Positions 25,981 through 38,999 of a stretch of DNA of 64,000 bases are shown in pieces. Position 1 is the stretch's first letter; each line of letters opens with the position of its first letter. The stretch is taken from the NCBI GenBank assembly GCA_964247055.1, contig OZ176052.1, positions 5,952,001-6,016,000 on the forward strand. The letters run 5' to 3'. A program made the translations under genes and the position numbers. Under the pieces are notes generated by a model. The model saw nothing but the letters and a program-made list of their open reading frames with translations, ran no database searches and was not told the origin of the DNA. The stretch is from Paragordius varius (lineage: Eukaryota; Animalia; Nematomorpha).

Positions 25981-28365
25981 TAAAGTGACCAGATTTTTTG
26001 AAGGAAAAAGCGGTACAAATCTGAGAAAGGGGGCATGGGGGGTCCAACCAAAAATTTTTACACAAAAAATGTATTGTAATATTTATTTATTTTTAACACA
26101 AAAACTTCATAAATATATGAAAATATTTTAATCTTTGATATATTTTTTATTTGGTGAATACGTTTTAGCAGATTGTCATTTTTTGAAATATTGTATAAGT
26201 CTTCACAAGAATTCGTCAAATTCGTCAAATTATATTTGACAGATAAAATGGCCTTTAAAGTTTCAATTAAATTTGATTTTTCCGATGTCCACACCTGATT
26301 TACTGAGGAAAAAGCGCGCTCAGTAGCAGCGTTGGTTCCAGGTAAAGATAGTGCCAATTTCACAATTTTTAAATTATGATTGTATGGAACATAGTTTTTT
26401 TCAAAATGATGAAATATTTCTAACAATTTCTTTTCTACTGTATTTTTTGTAGTCTATAATTTAAGTTTCTCATTATTAATATATTTTTTAACTCTTCAGA
26501 AAAAGGATCATTTTCTGAAAGATTACTTTTTGGGAATTTTTGGGAGATGCAGATGTAATCAAATGATTTTTGAACATCGCACCAATTAAATTCTGGTTAA
26601 TGTTATCGATCATTGGATTGCACCGTCCAGTCATCCAAATAATCTTTACAGTTTGTGTAAAACATTTTTATATGGTACAGGATATCTTGGCGATTTATTA
26701 AGCTTTGTTTTTCGAAATTATTTATAATATTGCGGATGGTTAATGGTATAAAATTATTTTCTAACCTTTCTTGACATTGGAATTTTAGGTTACTAACTTC
26801 ATTGGCTACTTTGATTGCCGAAATTTTGTCACCTACTACCAATTCAATAACATTTTAAAATGAAAAGCTTGATTATGTATGATTAACTAAATTTGAAAGT
26901 TGTAGGACATTTGTCCTGTGATAAAAATTCTTTCGATAGCTGGCAGAAGAGATAACCAACGAGTTTTACAATCCAAGCATTTTTTGATATTGAACTTTTG
27001 CATTTTCACAGAATTCCCTTAAGCGTTTCAACGCGTACCGTGCATATATAAAAATAGGAATGTATTTTAACAACTACATTTTCCATATCTAGGGATATCA
27101 AATCAGCAGCTGTTTGAATAGCGTTGTGTAATATATGTGCACACCCAGCGCCAATAATGTTTTGATTAAGATTATCTGCTAATTTATGAATATTATTCGT
27201 TCCCCTCCTTGCTTTTCCACCGAAGTTCGTATTGGTGTTGTCAGCGCAATATGCGATGATTTTGTTTTTTAAATTATTTTTTCTAGAATATTCAATATTG
27301 AAGTAAAAATACCGAGAGAAATAGAACAAAAATTTAAATTTTTACTCCGGTTTCTGGATAAAAATATCTTATAAAAGTGGGAAATAATTTTGTTTCCATG
27401 TGATTTGATGCAGAAGAGTATAGCGATATGAAATTAATTTTCATCAAATCTTTTTGTATTTCAGAAAATGCATGTGTCGAAGGGACAATGCATACAATGA
27501 CTTCACCCTTTGTACGGGCATATGTAATTTATTGAATAAGGTATGAATAATCTGTGAGTTACAATCCATAGATCTAAAGGAATGATTGTGATTAACCGCG
27601 TGAAAAGATAAAACGCCTTCGGCTGGTGATAAATTCTTTTCTTATTCTCCAAAAGCGGTTTTTCGATAAAAATCGCTCATTTTGTAAGATGATGCCGCCA
27701 TATCTAAACAATTTTTATGTTTCTATGTTTTCATATGCTTTGTAATATCATGCTTGCCGCCATGTGCTAGGGTGAATACCCCCTCGCATAAAGAACATTT
27801 AATAAATGATTCATTCTTCGTTTTTTTGATAAAATAACCTCTTTTTGTACTCATATTTTTAAACTAATATTAGTTTAAAAAAATATTACCTTAATTTTCT
27901 GGAGTAAACGTATAAGCTACCGATTTTTGGTATTAATTTGTCTTTTTGATAAGATTGGCAGGTAATATAACTAAAATATTAGTATAATAATATAGTTTAA
28001 TACCTTTCTGAAGTTATATAAGCTACCGATTTGTGGTATTAATTTGTCTTTTTGCTAATGTTGGTATTAAGAGTAGGAAGCAAAATGTATAATCATATGA
28101 TATAAATTTGAAAAAAATAAATATTTTTAATTTAAAAATAAAAAATTTTAATTTAAATTTGATATAGATTTTATAGATAACTAATGATAAAAAATTTAAA
28201 CGAATAAAAAAATAAATTTTTTCATAAAAAATTTAAATGTACTAAAAAAAATTATTTTTTATATAATCTTGAAAAAGCGGGACATTTTAAAAACGTAGCG
28301 GGACGCGGGACAAAATTTGAAAAAGCGAGACTGTCCCGCCAAAAGCGGGACGTCTGGTCACCTTA
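25981..28365 (-). mobile_element. Full-length but decayed hAT DNA transposon (2385 bp; Blackjack-like TAGGGTGACCAGA-type termini)
   Basis: TIRs TAAAGTGACCAGA / TCTGGTCACCTTA, with a perfect 8-bp TSD TCCATAAC (25973-80 and 28366-73) and subterminal GCGGGAC repeats. Confidence 0.95.
26058..27854 (-). pseudogene. hAT transposase pseudogene
   Basis: Zinc-finger-like KCSLCEGVFTLAHGGKHDITKH, AYCADNTNTNFGG, GAGCAHILHNA and hAT dimerisation motif LSLPGTNAATERAFSSVNQVWTSEKSNL. In-frame TAG/TAA codons and frameshifts are present. Confidence 0.9.
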
Positions 28366-28789
28366 TCCATAACCGACATCTAATGAAACAGAAAAACAAA
28401 TAGGTGTAAAATGCATTGATTATTTTCATTTAAAAAAATACACATTTTGCAGGGAAAATGCCTCTTGTGCCCATTTAGCATATAAAAAATATTTTGTTAA
28501 TAACAATTTACAATCCTATAAGTGGCATATTTTATTAACAAACAATCAATAAATCTGGTCTAACATCATGACAGGCCATTATTACGTCGCCCAAATGCGC
28601 ATCTATCCAGCGATATATGAAATTTTTGACTATGCCGCCTCATGTTTAGGTTGTGGCGGAACTTAGGATAATTTGCTATTTTTATATTTTCATATTTATT
28701 TGGCACCTTTGGCAGAACTTAATATACCTTTTTCGCCAAGATTTTCTTTGAATAGTTTTTTAAACGTTTTTTAGGCAAGAACTGATATT

Positions 28790-28793
<4 letters not shown>

Positions 28794-28832
<39 letters not shown>
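28794..28832. repeat. (TA)n microsatellite
   Basis: Perfect AT dinucleotide run. Similar runs occur at about 4751, 8376-8440, 9378, 46572 and 47630. Confidence 0.9.
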
Positions 28833-28837
<5 letters not shown>

Positions 28838-28839
28838 TT

Positions 28840-29260
28840 TTCGATTTAGTAACCATCGTTATAAAGACTCCGCTGCTGTTATTTTATTAAACTTGAACCT
28901 TAATCTCAAATTATTAATATCTGCCTTAGATGTTTTATTCAAATGTTCTTTTCAAAAAATGTTATTTTTTATGCTTCTTCTATTGGAATATCCAATCAAT
29001 TTTATTATTTCTATGACAATAAATCTGTTAAGTTGTTTTAATATTTCGCTAATATTTATAATTAGAAGAGTTACTATTATCGACACCCTAGCGTTTTTTC
29101 ATCATGTGAGAGTTTTCACTCTCTTGCATGGTGATAATTTCAGCCTGAGATTATGTTTAATAAATTATGCCATTTTTTATTATCCTATTTATAAATTCAC
29201 TAATGACTTTCTAAAGCACACGTGAAAGCTTCCACGTGTGGATCCAGGCTATTAGCAAGA
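28840..29260 (-). mobile_element. Probable Penelope-like RT C-terminal fragment
   Basis: Reverse strand reads NSLDPHVEAFT..LE (cf. PLE NSxHPxIxFTxExE), followed by ..NYHH.. and ..LIGYS..; heavily decayed. Confidence 0.45.
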
Positions 29261-29389
29261 GTCTTATCTTTCATGTTTTATTAAATGGGGGTAAAATAAT
29301 AATTTATGTAGAGTAATATATGTAACATTAATAGCTCAGCTTTTTTTGGAAGGGGGGGGGGGGGGGTTCTTCTTCTAACAGAGTAGTTT

Positions 29390-29630
29390 ATTATGCACTA
29401 TTTTAAATGTAGCTAATGCTGTCATATTGACTAAATTTTATCTTCAAGTTTATCCATAAAATATGTAATATAAATTTTTTTATCAAGAATATTTTTTTAT
29501 ATTTCCGTTCATCATTATATCAACACAAACTTTTGCCATGGATTTATTTATTCCATATTTTTTGAAAAAATTTGATTTTAAACAGACCTGGAGTCACCAA
29601 CGACTTCAATGCAAAGACTGAAATGAATTT
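29390..29630 (-). mobile_element. Partial inverted copy of MITE family H interior
   Basis: The reverse complement contains TTTAAA...ATATGGAA...CCATGGCAAAA...TTTAGTCAATATGAC..CATTAGC, as in 33613-34152. Confidence 0.55.
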
Positions 29631-30072
29631 GTTGTATCCAAGTTTTAAACTGGAAAAACCCGTTCATTGATGTTTAAAAATAATGGGTAATATATATGTT
29701 TAAAATTCATATACACTGCGCACAATGTTGGGGGGCATAAAAAATATCATCATGAAATCTATATATTCTTATAGAAAAGTGTATCAGGATTATGATGCTT
29801 TTGGTTTTAGATCTTACGATAAAAAAAGTTATTTAAGCTTCTGGTAACTCATATCAGAAAATGGCAAAATTCCGCACATTTTGTTCTATAATATTTTGGC
29901 GGTAACGTTTACTACAAAAATTATCTGAAATATAATCATATAAAAAGCAAAATAAAACTATTAAATTTTAATTTTAAAATGTGAGCTCCGACAGTCCGAA
30001 ATTATTTCCGTGTCTAAGATGAGGCTAATTTTCTTAAAATTAACTTATAAATCCAAGCTAGAATTTTATATA

Positions 30073-30170
30073 TACCATCAGTCAAAAAAACGTTTTCCTA
30101 GTCAATCGAAACGTCTTCCCAGTCAATAAAAACGGTTTCATTTATATTAAAATAACTTTTAATCATTAAG
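30073..30170. mobile_element. MITE family I end (TATACCAT terminus plus ~21-bp tandem units)
   Basis: TATACCATCAGTCAAAAAAACGTTTTCCTAGTCAATCGAAACGTCTTCCCAGTCAATAAAAACGG is the reverse complement of the arrays at 38741-38921 and ~58050-58146. Confidence 0.65.
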
Positions 30171-31019
30171 ACTATATTTAGAAAAACACAATTAATGCAA
30201 TTTTTTTATATGCCAATACATAATCATTAATGACTTAATCTTTACAACTTATATTTTATTAACTAGATAAGCATTGATGGTTTTGAGATTTTTTTAGAAA
30301 ATATCTAATAATTTTTTTATTTTATCAATGGTTCGCGTTTATAACCCGGGCTAACATAACTTCGGGCGTAATAATCAATTAAAAAAATATACCATTTTCA
30401 TCTCAAATCGGTCATTTAACACTTCAAATCGGGTTTTAAACACTTGCAACTCTACCCTAATTTATATAATTTATTTTTAATCCGATTGGGAATCAAAGAC
30501 CGACTCTCACTCCTCGCGGGACATCCTGGGTAACGCTAACGTGAGCGGCACTGTTTGTAAAGAACAGTCAAGAAACATCAGTTCATAAGGAGAAAAACTA
30601 GTTTGTGGAGCGTGGTAATGAGATTGGCTGTCTTATTTTCTTACAAAATGCCACAATGCCAGTATTCCCACACATGGTTTTAAAGCGGGTTTATCTGGGT
30701 AACCAGCAGCCAGATGATAATATAAATTGATTTAACGAAAGATGGAGTGGAAGCTCCCAAAGCCCGGAAAGGCACCTCCCTCGGCCGTATACCTAAATCT
30801 AAGAACGGATTGAGAGATTCGAAGTCTTCAGACACTCTAGCTGACAATATGAATGAAAAATGCTTGGAAATGGCCAAAAAATTTGAAGGAGAAATTAAAA
30901 ACTTACAAGTTTTCAAAACACTAAAAAATATAAATAGTAATAAAAAGATATTCGAGTAGTGAAAGCCATAAAAGATAAAAATAATAACCAGTTACTGATA
31001 CTCTTAGCATTTAAGATGT

Positions 31020-32136
31020 ATGGGCACAATACATGCAAAATACACTACATTTTCAGCATTCGAACGTCGAGATACCAAACTTACCTCCAGTATTGCTCCC
31101 CCCCAATCATTACCGCAGAATGCGAAAATGTAAAATTAATAGAGCACCTGGTCCCACAGAACTGAAATGGACAAAATATACCTAAAATATCCTACAAAGT
31201 ATCATAAATTCAATATAAAAAATAAGAGCGACATGCTTAACCGCGTCTCTAAAGACCATTAATTCCTTGAACATGCAATATAATTATTCGAAATTAAAAT
31301 AAGAAAGGAAAATATGTCAGTTTTTCTCGATCGACGAAACCCAATTCGGTTTGCAACAGGGTGTCGGCACCTCTGACGCCATATTCCTTTTCAGAAGGCT
31401 ACAAGAGAACTACAGATGCAAAAACAAAACCTTATATCACATCTTTATTGATTTAAGCCGTGCATTCGACAGCATCCCGCGGTCCATGATCACATTTGCG
31501 CTACGAAAAAAAGAAAATCCGGAGTAGAAATAAAAATAATAAATTTACTATATAAGAACACCAGTAGTTGCGTGAGAACTCCCGTGGGGGCACCAATCGA
31601 TTCCCAGTGACTGTCTGGTTGCACCAGGGTTCCATCCTCAGTCCACTTCTATTTATTATTATTATGGATGTAATAAATGATATTATAAAAACAGGTTTAC
31701 CTTTCGAAATGTTATACATAATCTAACAGCCACCAGCGAAACAACCATCATCAATAAATATAACCCCTGGAAATTTACGCTAGAAAAATTTGCCCTCAAA
31801 ATTAACACAGATAAAACAAAGGCCATAAACACAGGCTCACCTGGTCCTATAATAAAATTCCCTTTCTCCATTTGTCACTCTGAAGGGAGGCATTCCATTA
31901 AATGCACTAAATGCCAACTGTGTGGCCACAAAAACTCCTCACAATTAAAGGAAGTTTATTTAGCATTGAAAATTATGCATCTAAAGCTTGTAAAACACCA
32001 GATTGAAACCCAGACAGTCTCACGCAAACTATCTAACTCCCATCTATAAACATCGAAATAGTAAATAAGTACAATTACCTGGGTGACACAATAGCAGCCA
32101 ATATCAATACTAAAAACCCCATAACAACACGAAAAC
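31020..32136 (+). mobile_element. RTE-clade non-LTR retrotransposon, RT region (5' piece; may extend back to ~30490)
   Basis: KINRAPGP; ETQFGLQQGVGTSDAIFLFRRLQENYR..KTLYHIFIDLSRAFDSIPR; GLHQGSILSPLLFIIIMD; LKINTDKTK; CLGDTIAANI..ITTR. Frameshifted. Confidence 0.9.
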
Positions 32137-33612
32137 CAATGGCGAAACTACGGGGAGCTAGGGTGAGCAGTGCGGGGGGGCCCAAGGCAAAACAGTGGAT
32201 TTCTTTTATTATTTATATTAAATGTGGGCCCCTTTCTATTTTGCCGGGGCCCAAAATTTATAACCTTTTTTTATATACAGATATGTAAGTAAAGATTGCC
32301 TAATTGTAAATATACTGGCAAATAATAAAGAGAATTATATTGATTGAAAGGAAGAAAAAGAGAAAAAAATGCTTTTTTTAACTATCTCAAAAGCGGTTTT
32401 TTAAGTTGATAATTGATAACCATTAAATTCTCTCCAGTTAACTAACACCTTGAAATAATCAAAATTTAAAAAAATAAATGAGTAAGATAGTTGACATCAA
32501 AAATTAAGTGAAGCTTATAAATTTTCAAGTGCTAAATTTATAGTATTATAGTTTTATGTGATTTACAAAATTTTGACAGATCTATTTTTTTCCTCTGTTA
32601 AATTAAGATAATTACAAATAAAATCTGAATTGCAATATATTCGTATAGCGTCAGTGGTGGAACCTCGGCAAGATAATACTGCCCCCTTCCCCCCCCCCCC
32701 CCCAAAAAAAAATCGTTTGCGGTTATCTTTTCACCTGGCGCATTTTTTATATTCGTAAAGAAATTATTTACATATGATAATATTTACATTAATTGGTATC
32801 CTGAGTCTAAAGGTTTAGCGTTCCTAGTATTTTTATATAGAATGGTTACTAACCACCCCCCCGTCCTAATTGCCGCCAATTCCTTAATCTTAACGTTCAT
32901 TTTTAAATTAATAATAATTAAGAGCATGTATTTAAATATCATGTTTTATAATTTCGTTTTTTCGATTTTGCATGAGCAAATTTTTAATTATATCTTTTTC
33001 CCCATTTGATCCGCCATCTCCGCTTCAATTGCTAGTAACGATGAATTGCTCAACCTTTTTTCAACCATCGTGCTTCCAATATAATTTTTATTTATTTTTA
33101 ACTTCGAGAATAAACGTTCCGCTGTACCAACCTGGAGTGATAAAGCTAAAAACATTAATAATTCTGTTATAACTTCATCACAACTGGCTGAAACTGTTGG
33201 CTACTTAATAATTAATAGCTCTCCAAATTGCTGGCATTGTTAATTTGAGCGATCTCATCCTTAAGCGAATTAGAAACAGACACTATTTGCTAGTGGCGTA
33301 CCGAGGGGGGCAAGGGGGCACCTTGCCCTGGGCGCCGTTATTTACGGACGCCTAAATGATTTTTTAAATGAATTTAAATTATGCAAGAATAAAAGCTTCC
33401 AAGTAAGATTTTCCAGCAGATCCCTAAAATAATATAAAAATTATATTTATGAGATCAAAAGCAAACAGTAGATAAAAAACAACTTTCATGTAGGTATTCC
33501 CTTCAATGTATATGTGCAACTTATTTTTTCGCTTAAAAACGTTCCTTTATCACGCACATATTGTTAATTCTTTTATTGTTTAATACTTGAATACAACACA
33601 TTCATATTAGTC

Positions 33613-34152
33613 CTTTGATTCAAATTGGGGTAATTAAATACCCCAGGTCTGTTTAAAATTTATTTTTTAAAAAATATGGAAGGAATCGAAACCATGGCAA
33701 AATTTTACACTTATTAACATTAATAAACAGAAATATATAAAAAAATTATTCAAAATACCTGATAATACTTATTTTAAGCTAAAACCGATAGGTTAAAATT
33801 TAGTCAATGTAACATATGTGCATTAGCTAAATTTAAAAATAATACTAAATAAACCGCTTTTTCTATTTCTATAAATGTTAGATATAATTTAAATAAAAAA
33901 TTAGCTTTAATTTTACCTTTAAAATTAAATGGACACGATTTGCAAAAATTTCGTAAAATACAAATGACGTCCAAGTAGCTGACATGGAACTTTTTTTTCA
34001 AAACGAAATCTTATTTAATTATTTTGGCTTATATATGTGATTTTTATCAGGATAGAGGCATAAATTTAAATTGGGACCGTTCAGTGGTATTTTAAAAAAC
34101 CATACTTAAAATTAGTCTGTGGTGTTTACATACCCCAATTTGAATCGAAGTG
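33613..34152. mobile_element. MITE family H (possibly piggyBac-derived)
   Basis: Inverted ends GATTCAAATTGGGGTA...TACCCCAATTTGAATCGAAGTG followed by TTAA. A direct copy lies at 36602-37090 and a partial inverted copy at ~36048-36410. Confidence 0.75.
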
Positions 34153-34543
34153 TTAAATAAATTATTTTAACTTCTCTCTCTGTTCAAAACCATATCTCTT
34201 TTTCTTATACTTTATAATTGCATTTTTATTTTAATCATAATCAATTTTAAAACCCAATTTTATTTATATAATCCCTGAGATCATTCCACCTCTAACAAGG
34301 TAGGTATTTATTATTCATATAATATAGTTATTTTTTTAATTACTTTCATTTTCATCAGATACCCCTAAACTCAGCGGTTGGGAAACGTTTTCGACGTGTC
34401 GGTAAAAATTAAAAGAGATGTCTTGGCTTTTTGATTCACCAAAGAACAAATCAACATATTGTTTTTGTTGCCTACCTAATTATTTACCATCATCTTTTAT
34501 AACTACGCATGGTTTTAATGAATGGAGGAAAAAGGACATATAA

Positions 34544-35499
34544 CATTGTACAACAAATTTTTCTGCCACTCAAGTTTATTTTATTTTCTTATATTTACCA
34601 TCATTTTAATAGTAAATCAGAAATAAAAATTATAATTCCACCTGAGAATTTTGTATAATTTGACTTTTTTGATTATGCGCCCTCTTTATCAAAATTTTAC
34701 TAAGATACAACAGATGCCCGTTTGAATATACATTCGAAAGAGTAATAAAAACTCTATAAAACGCAAACTATTATGTTTTACATCAATTGTTAATATTGGA
34801 AGGAAGCGACGAAGCGAGAGCGTAATTAATATATTTATAAAACTAATGGATGAATATAGCTCAAACTTTGTTTATATGACAATGGATGTCCAAAAAAGAC
34901 AACAAAAGAAAGTTTTTTGATAAAAATACTTATTTATTGCTTTTATGTCATTCAAATCAGCCATTTTAAAGTTTTTCGTTTTTTATAAATACCATATCTC
35001 ATCAATAATAATTTATTTTTTTGATGCTTATAATATCGAAATTTCAAAGACTTAAAACAAGGTTTTAGGTGTTTTATTATTTTTTTAACGATTATGTAAT
35101 AAATTTAGATAAAACGATGCATTTTGATATCCACTAGGTAAAATAATTTTATAATAATAATTTTTATTAAAAAAGCAAACCATAAGCTTTTTCAAAGATT
35201 TTTTTAATTATACTAGTGTAAGCCTAATATTGAAATAATTTATATGATTTTTAATTTGTTAGTCTGTCAAAATTTTTTATTTAAAGTTTGTAAAACCACA
35301 TAAACCCAAATAACTTTTACATCAGATTGATATATACTAACTAACATTTGAAAAATACAGTTTTTTGCATTCGAATGATATATAATACATGGCTATATAT
35401 CTAAAACTAATTTTGTGTTTAATGTTATATCGCCATAAATTATCCATAAATCCTAATAAAATAAAATTCTTATATGCTAAACCAATTTTCTTTACAGAT
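34544..35499 (+). mobile_element. Tc1/mariner-type non-autonomous element family E, 3'-truncated
   Basis: Starts CATTGTACAACAAATTTTTCTGCCACTC and is colinear with 43154-44272 until it is cut at 35500 by a second copy of the hAT left end (CAGTGGCTAAACTACGGGGAGC, 35500-36020). Confidence 0.8.
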
Positions 35500-36601
35500 C
35501 AGTGGCTAAACTACGGGGAGCTAGGGGAGCAGTGCGGGGGACCCAAGGCAAAACAAGAGGCCTTTTTTATTATTTATATTAAATTTAATCCCCCTTTCCA
35601 TTTTGCGAGGGAACCAAAATTTATTACCTTTTTTTATTTACAAATATATAAGTAATGATTGCCTGATTCTAAGTATACTGGCAAAGAATAAAGAGAATCA
35701 TTATTGATATAAAGGAAGAAAAAGCAAAAAAATGCATTTTTTTCACTATCTCAATAAGCGGTTTTATTATAATTTGATAATCAATAAATATTTTTAAATT
35801 CTCTCCAGTAAACACCTAAAAAAAGGAATAGTTAAAAAATAAATAAATGAGTATAGATAGTTGACACCAAAAATTAAGTGAAACATAAATTTTCAAGTTT
35901 TATATTATTTTGTTAATAAAAATTAGAGTATTAAAGTTTTATGAGAATTCACAAAATTTCGACAAATTTTCTTAAAATTAAAATAATTACAAATAAAATC
36001 TCATTTGCAGTAATATATTCATATAACTTAAATATATATTTTGTGTTTAAACACTTCAATTTAAATTGGGTTTTCTAAATTCCACTATATTTAAGTTGAT
36101 ATTAGTAAAAAGCTACTGAAAGAAACGGTGCCAATTTATCATGCTTCTATCGTAATAAAAATTATAAAAACAAGCCGAAATATTTAAATAAAATTTGGTT
36201 TAAAAAAAGTTTCATATCAAACTATTTTGACGCCATTTTTATTTTACAACATATTTGCAAAATATCGGGTTTATATAATTTTAAAGTAGAAATTAAAGCT
36301 AATTTTTATTTAAATCATTTAATATTGATAGAAACAAAAAGGTGGTTTATTTTGTATTATTTTTAAATTTTGCTAATGCACACATCTCATGTTGACTAAA
36401 GAAAGAAAGAGCAAAAGATGCATTTTTTTCACTATCCATCAAATTTTAGCCATAATAATATTGTTTGTTCCTTTATTAATTTCTGGCAGTTTTAATAGTG
36501 AACAAAAAAAGGAGGGAAAAAAGAAAAACATTCATCATTACTCAACTTATTTATTTTGATTATACAATATGCAACACTTGGATACAACACATTCATTTTA
36601 G

Positions 36602-37090
36602 TACTTCGATTCAAATTGGGGTAGTTGGATATTCCAGGCCTGTTTAAAAAATAAGAAAATATGGAAGGAATCGAAACCATCGCAAAGTTTTGCACCTATA
36701 TAACATTAATAAACAGAAATATATAAAAAATTCTATTCAAAAATACTTGATAATACTTATTTTCAGCTAATCCCAGACGGAAAAATTTAATTAACTTGAC
36801 ATGTGAATGCTAAAATTGAAAAATAATACAAAAACCATTTTTTCTTTTTCTATCAAAGTTAGATGTAATTTAAATAAAAAAATTTAACCAAGACAATATT
36901 TTGCAAAAATTTTGTGAAATACAAATGGTGTCCAAGTAGCTGACCTGGAACTTTTATTTCAAAACGAAATTTTATTTAGATATTTTGGCTTATTTATATA
37001 ATTTTTCTCAGGATAGAAGCATAAGTTTTTTAGATATCCTAACTTAAATTTAGTCTGGGGTATTTGGATACCCCAATTTGAATCGAAGTG
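36602..37090. mobile_element. MITE family H copy
   Basis: CTTCGATTCAAATTGGGGTA...TACCCCAATTTGAATCGAAG inverted termini; the interior matches 33613-34152. Confidence 0.8.
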
Positions 37091-37389
37091 TGAATGCAGA
37101 TCAACTCATATTAATGTTAGCCAATTCATATTACAGCAAAATATGAGAAATAACAATAATTTTGTATAAAACGTTTTTCAATGCATACATACATCGTGAA
37201 GAAAATTCATTAAATTTTACAGAATAATTGTTATTTCACACACTTTACTGTAAAGTGGATTGACCAACATTTGTTAGCTAATATACATTAATGTGCATTA
37301 TTTTTCTAATGCTTTCAATCTCTGATGTATGTTTCAAATTTATTTTTAGTTCTAATAAAATTTTCGATAAACTTTCACCACACATTGAA

Positions 37390-37578
37390 ACAGTTGTCGG
37401 CAATTTTTTCACACCGTTCTCAAAATAAAAAATCTTGGCGGTCCGCAAGTACATTTTTACATATTTATCAGGCCTTCGTACCGGAACCTGGTTCCTATTT
37501 TAGGAACCGATTCCTGTTCCATTTTTAAATTAGAGCTCGGTTCTAATTCCACTTTTTTGGTACCGGTTCGAAGCCCTG
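37390..37578 (-). mobile_element. Family C (GGAACC-repeat hAT-like) terminus
   Basis: The reverse complement begins CAGGGCTTCGAACCGGTACC, matching CAGGGCTTGGAACCGG at 53672. Confidence 0.7.
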
Positions 37579-38000
37579 TTATTATATCAAAAAGCCGTAT
37601 TACCATAAAAAATATTTTATTATTCTGACTAAACAGCTGTCAAAATTTTATTTATCCGAATTCCGAAAAAATAACTTTTAGCAATCAGTTTATATTTGAG
37701 AAGTTTCCCCGCTGCTATTCCTAGGTAGGCCCTTCCGCGCATACTTTGTCAATGTGTTTATATGAAAAACGAATATGTGAGCATGCAGACGAGCGAAATA
37801 GAGAAAGCTTTACTAAAAAAGCTGTCCCATTCATGAATTAGGAATTAAGTCTACATAGTAAGTTAGGTTTAAATATAATATTTTTCACGAATCTAAGTGG
37901 GCGCCAGGTGAAAAGATAATTGAATCATTTTTTTGGGGGGGAAGGGGAAGGGGTATTTATATCTTGCGGGGAGGGGGCACAATTTATAGTTCCGCCACTA

Positions 38001-38525
38001 ACGAAAATATCAAGCTTGGGCCAAATTATATCAACTCAAGTATATCATGAAACTCAAACACATTTCACACCCAAACAATGGCAAAATCTACACGATTGCT
38101 ATTCGCCCTGCGCTTATATATACTAGCGAATGTTGGCCCTTGAATCAAACTAAAGAAAATAAATTATGTGAGAAAGAGAAATCTTCAACTCATGTAATTA
38201 ATAAGTACCACACTGATAAAAAAATCATAATAAAAGCATACATAGTCTGTTTCAAATCCCATCTATGTCTTCTTTTCTCAGAGCAAATCGTCTCAGATAC
38301 TGGAATATATTAGGCTCAAATGGTTGGATTAACAAAATTAGATCCTTTCATCCGAACGGCAATTTAAGACGAGGTAGACCATATCATGATAGGGAAAAAA
38401 CAATCAGCCATGACTTAAACTTAACTCAATCGACCAAAGAAGACTGTATCGATCGCAAGTTATTTCGCTCCAGAATTTGGAAGCTAGCTCATGCTGGAGA
38501 AACAACTACCCGACGATGATGATGA
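38001..38525 (+). mobile_element. 3' piece of the same RTE retrotransposon, with a (GAT)n tail
   Basis: QAWAKLYQLKYIMKLKHISHPNNGKIYTIAIRPALIYTSECWPL...RRGRP...DRKLFRSRI, ending in GATGATGATGA. RTE-type C-terminus and short-repeat tail. Confidence 0.85.
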
Positions 38526-38740
38526 GTCAAATATCTTTTTCATTTTTCATCTAAATATTTTTGTTCAGATATTCTTTGCGCACCATAAATATAATATTGT
38601 TAAATATTTTCTCAAAAATATTCAAATTTCATAAAATATACCTTAAAAAAATAAGTCATATGATTGTCCACTGCAATATAATTGGAAAAATTTCATTCAA
38701 TAATTGTGTTTTTTTAAAAAAAACAATATCTTAATTCGGT

Positions 38741-38921
38741 TAAAAGTTATTTTTATATTATATATCTTGTTTTGATATTTATCATCAAAAATAAAACCGT
38801 TTTTATTGACTGGGAAACGTTATTAATGATTGGGAAAATGTTTTTATTTATTCAAAAAATGTTTCGATTCAATGGGAAAACGATTCGATTGGCTGAGATA
38901 ACGTTTTTTAACTGGGAGGTA
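38741..38921. mobile_element. MITE family I end with a tandem ~21-bp GACTGGGAAAACGTTT-like array
   Basis: About five degenerate units ending GGAGGTATA; homologous to 30073-30170 and 58050-58146. Confidence 0.65.
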
Positions 38922-38999
38922 TATGCTAGATTATGGCATCAAAAATATATTTTTAAAAAGTCATACTTTGGTGCAAAAATTTCATAAAATATTAATATT

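Larger units (their letters stand above)
32137..38000. mobile_element. 5.86-kb composite non-autonomous hAT-like insertion carrying nested MITEs
   Basis: Ends CAATGGCGAAACTA (32137) and TAGTTCCGCCACTA (38000), with 8-bp flanks ACGAAAAC / ACGAAAAT (7/8 TSD). Removing it restores the RTE reading frame. Confidence 0.8.

Noticed and set aside
28833-29225. 130-aa plus-strand ORF starting at the end of a (TA)n run
   Set aside because: It has no recognisable motif and is antisense to a probable Penelope fragment; hydrophobic I/L/F-rich ORFs arise by chance in AT-rich DNA.
30490-31020. GC-richer segment with a 70-aa ORF (MEAPKARKG..) upstream of the RTE RT
   Set aside because: It may be the LINE 5' region, but no endonuclease or ORF1 motif could be read with confidence, so it is not called.
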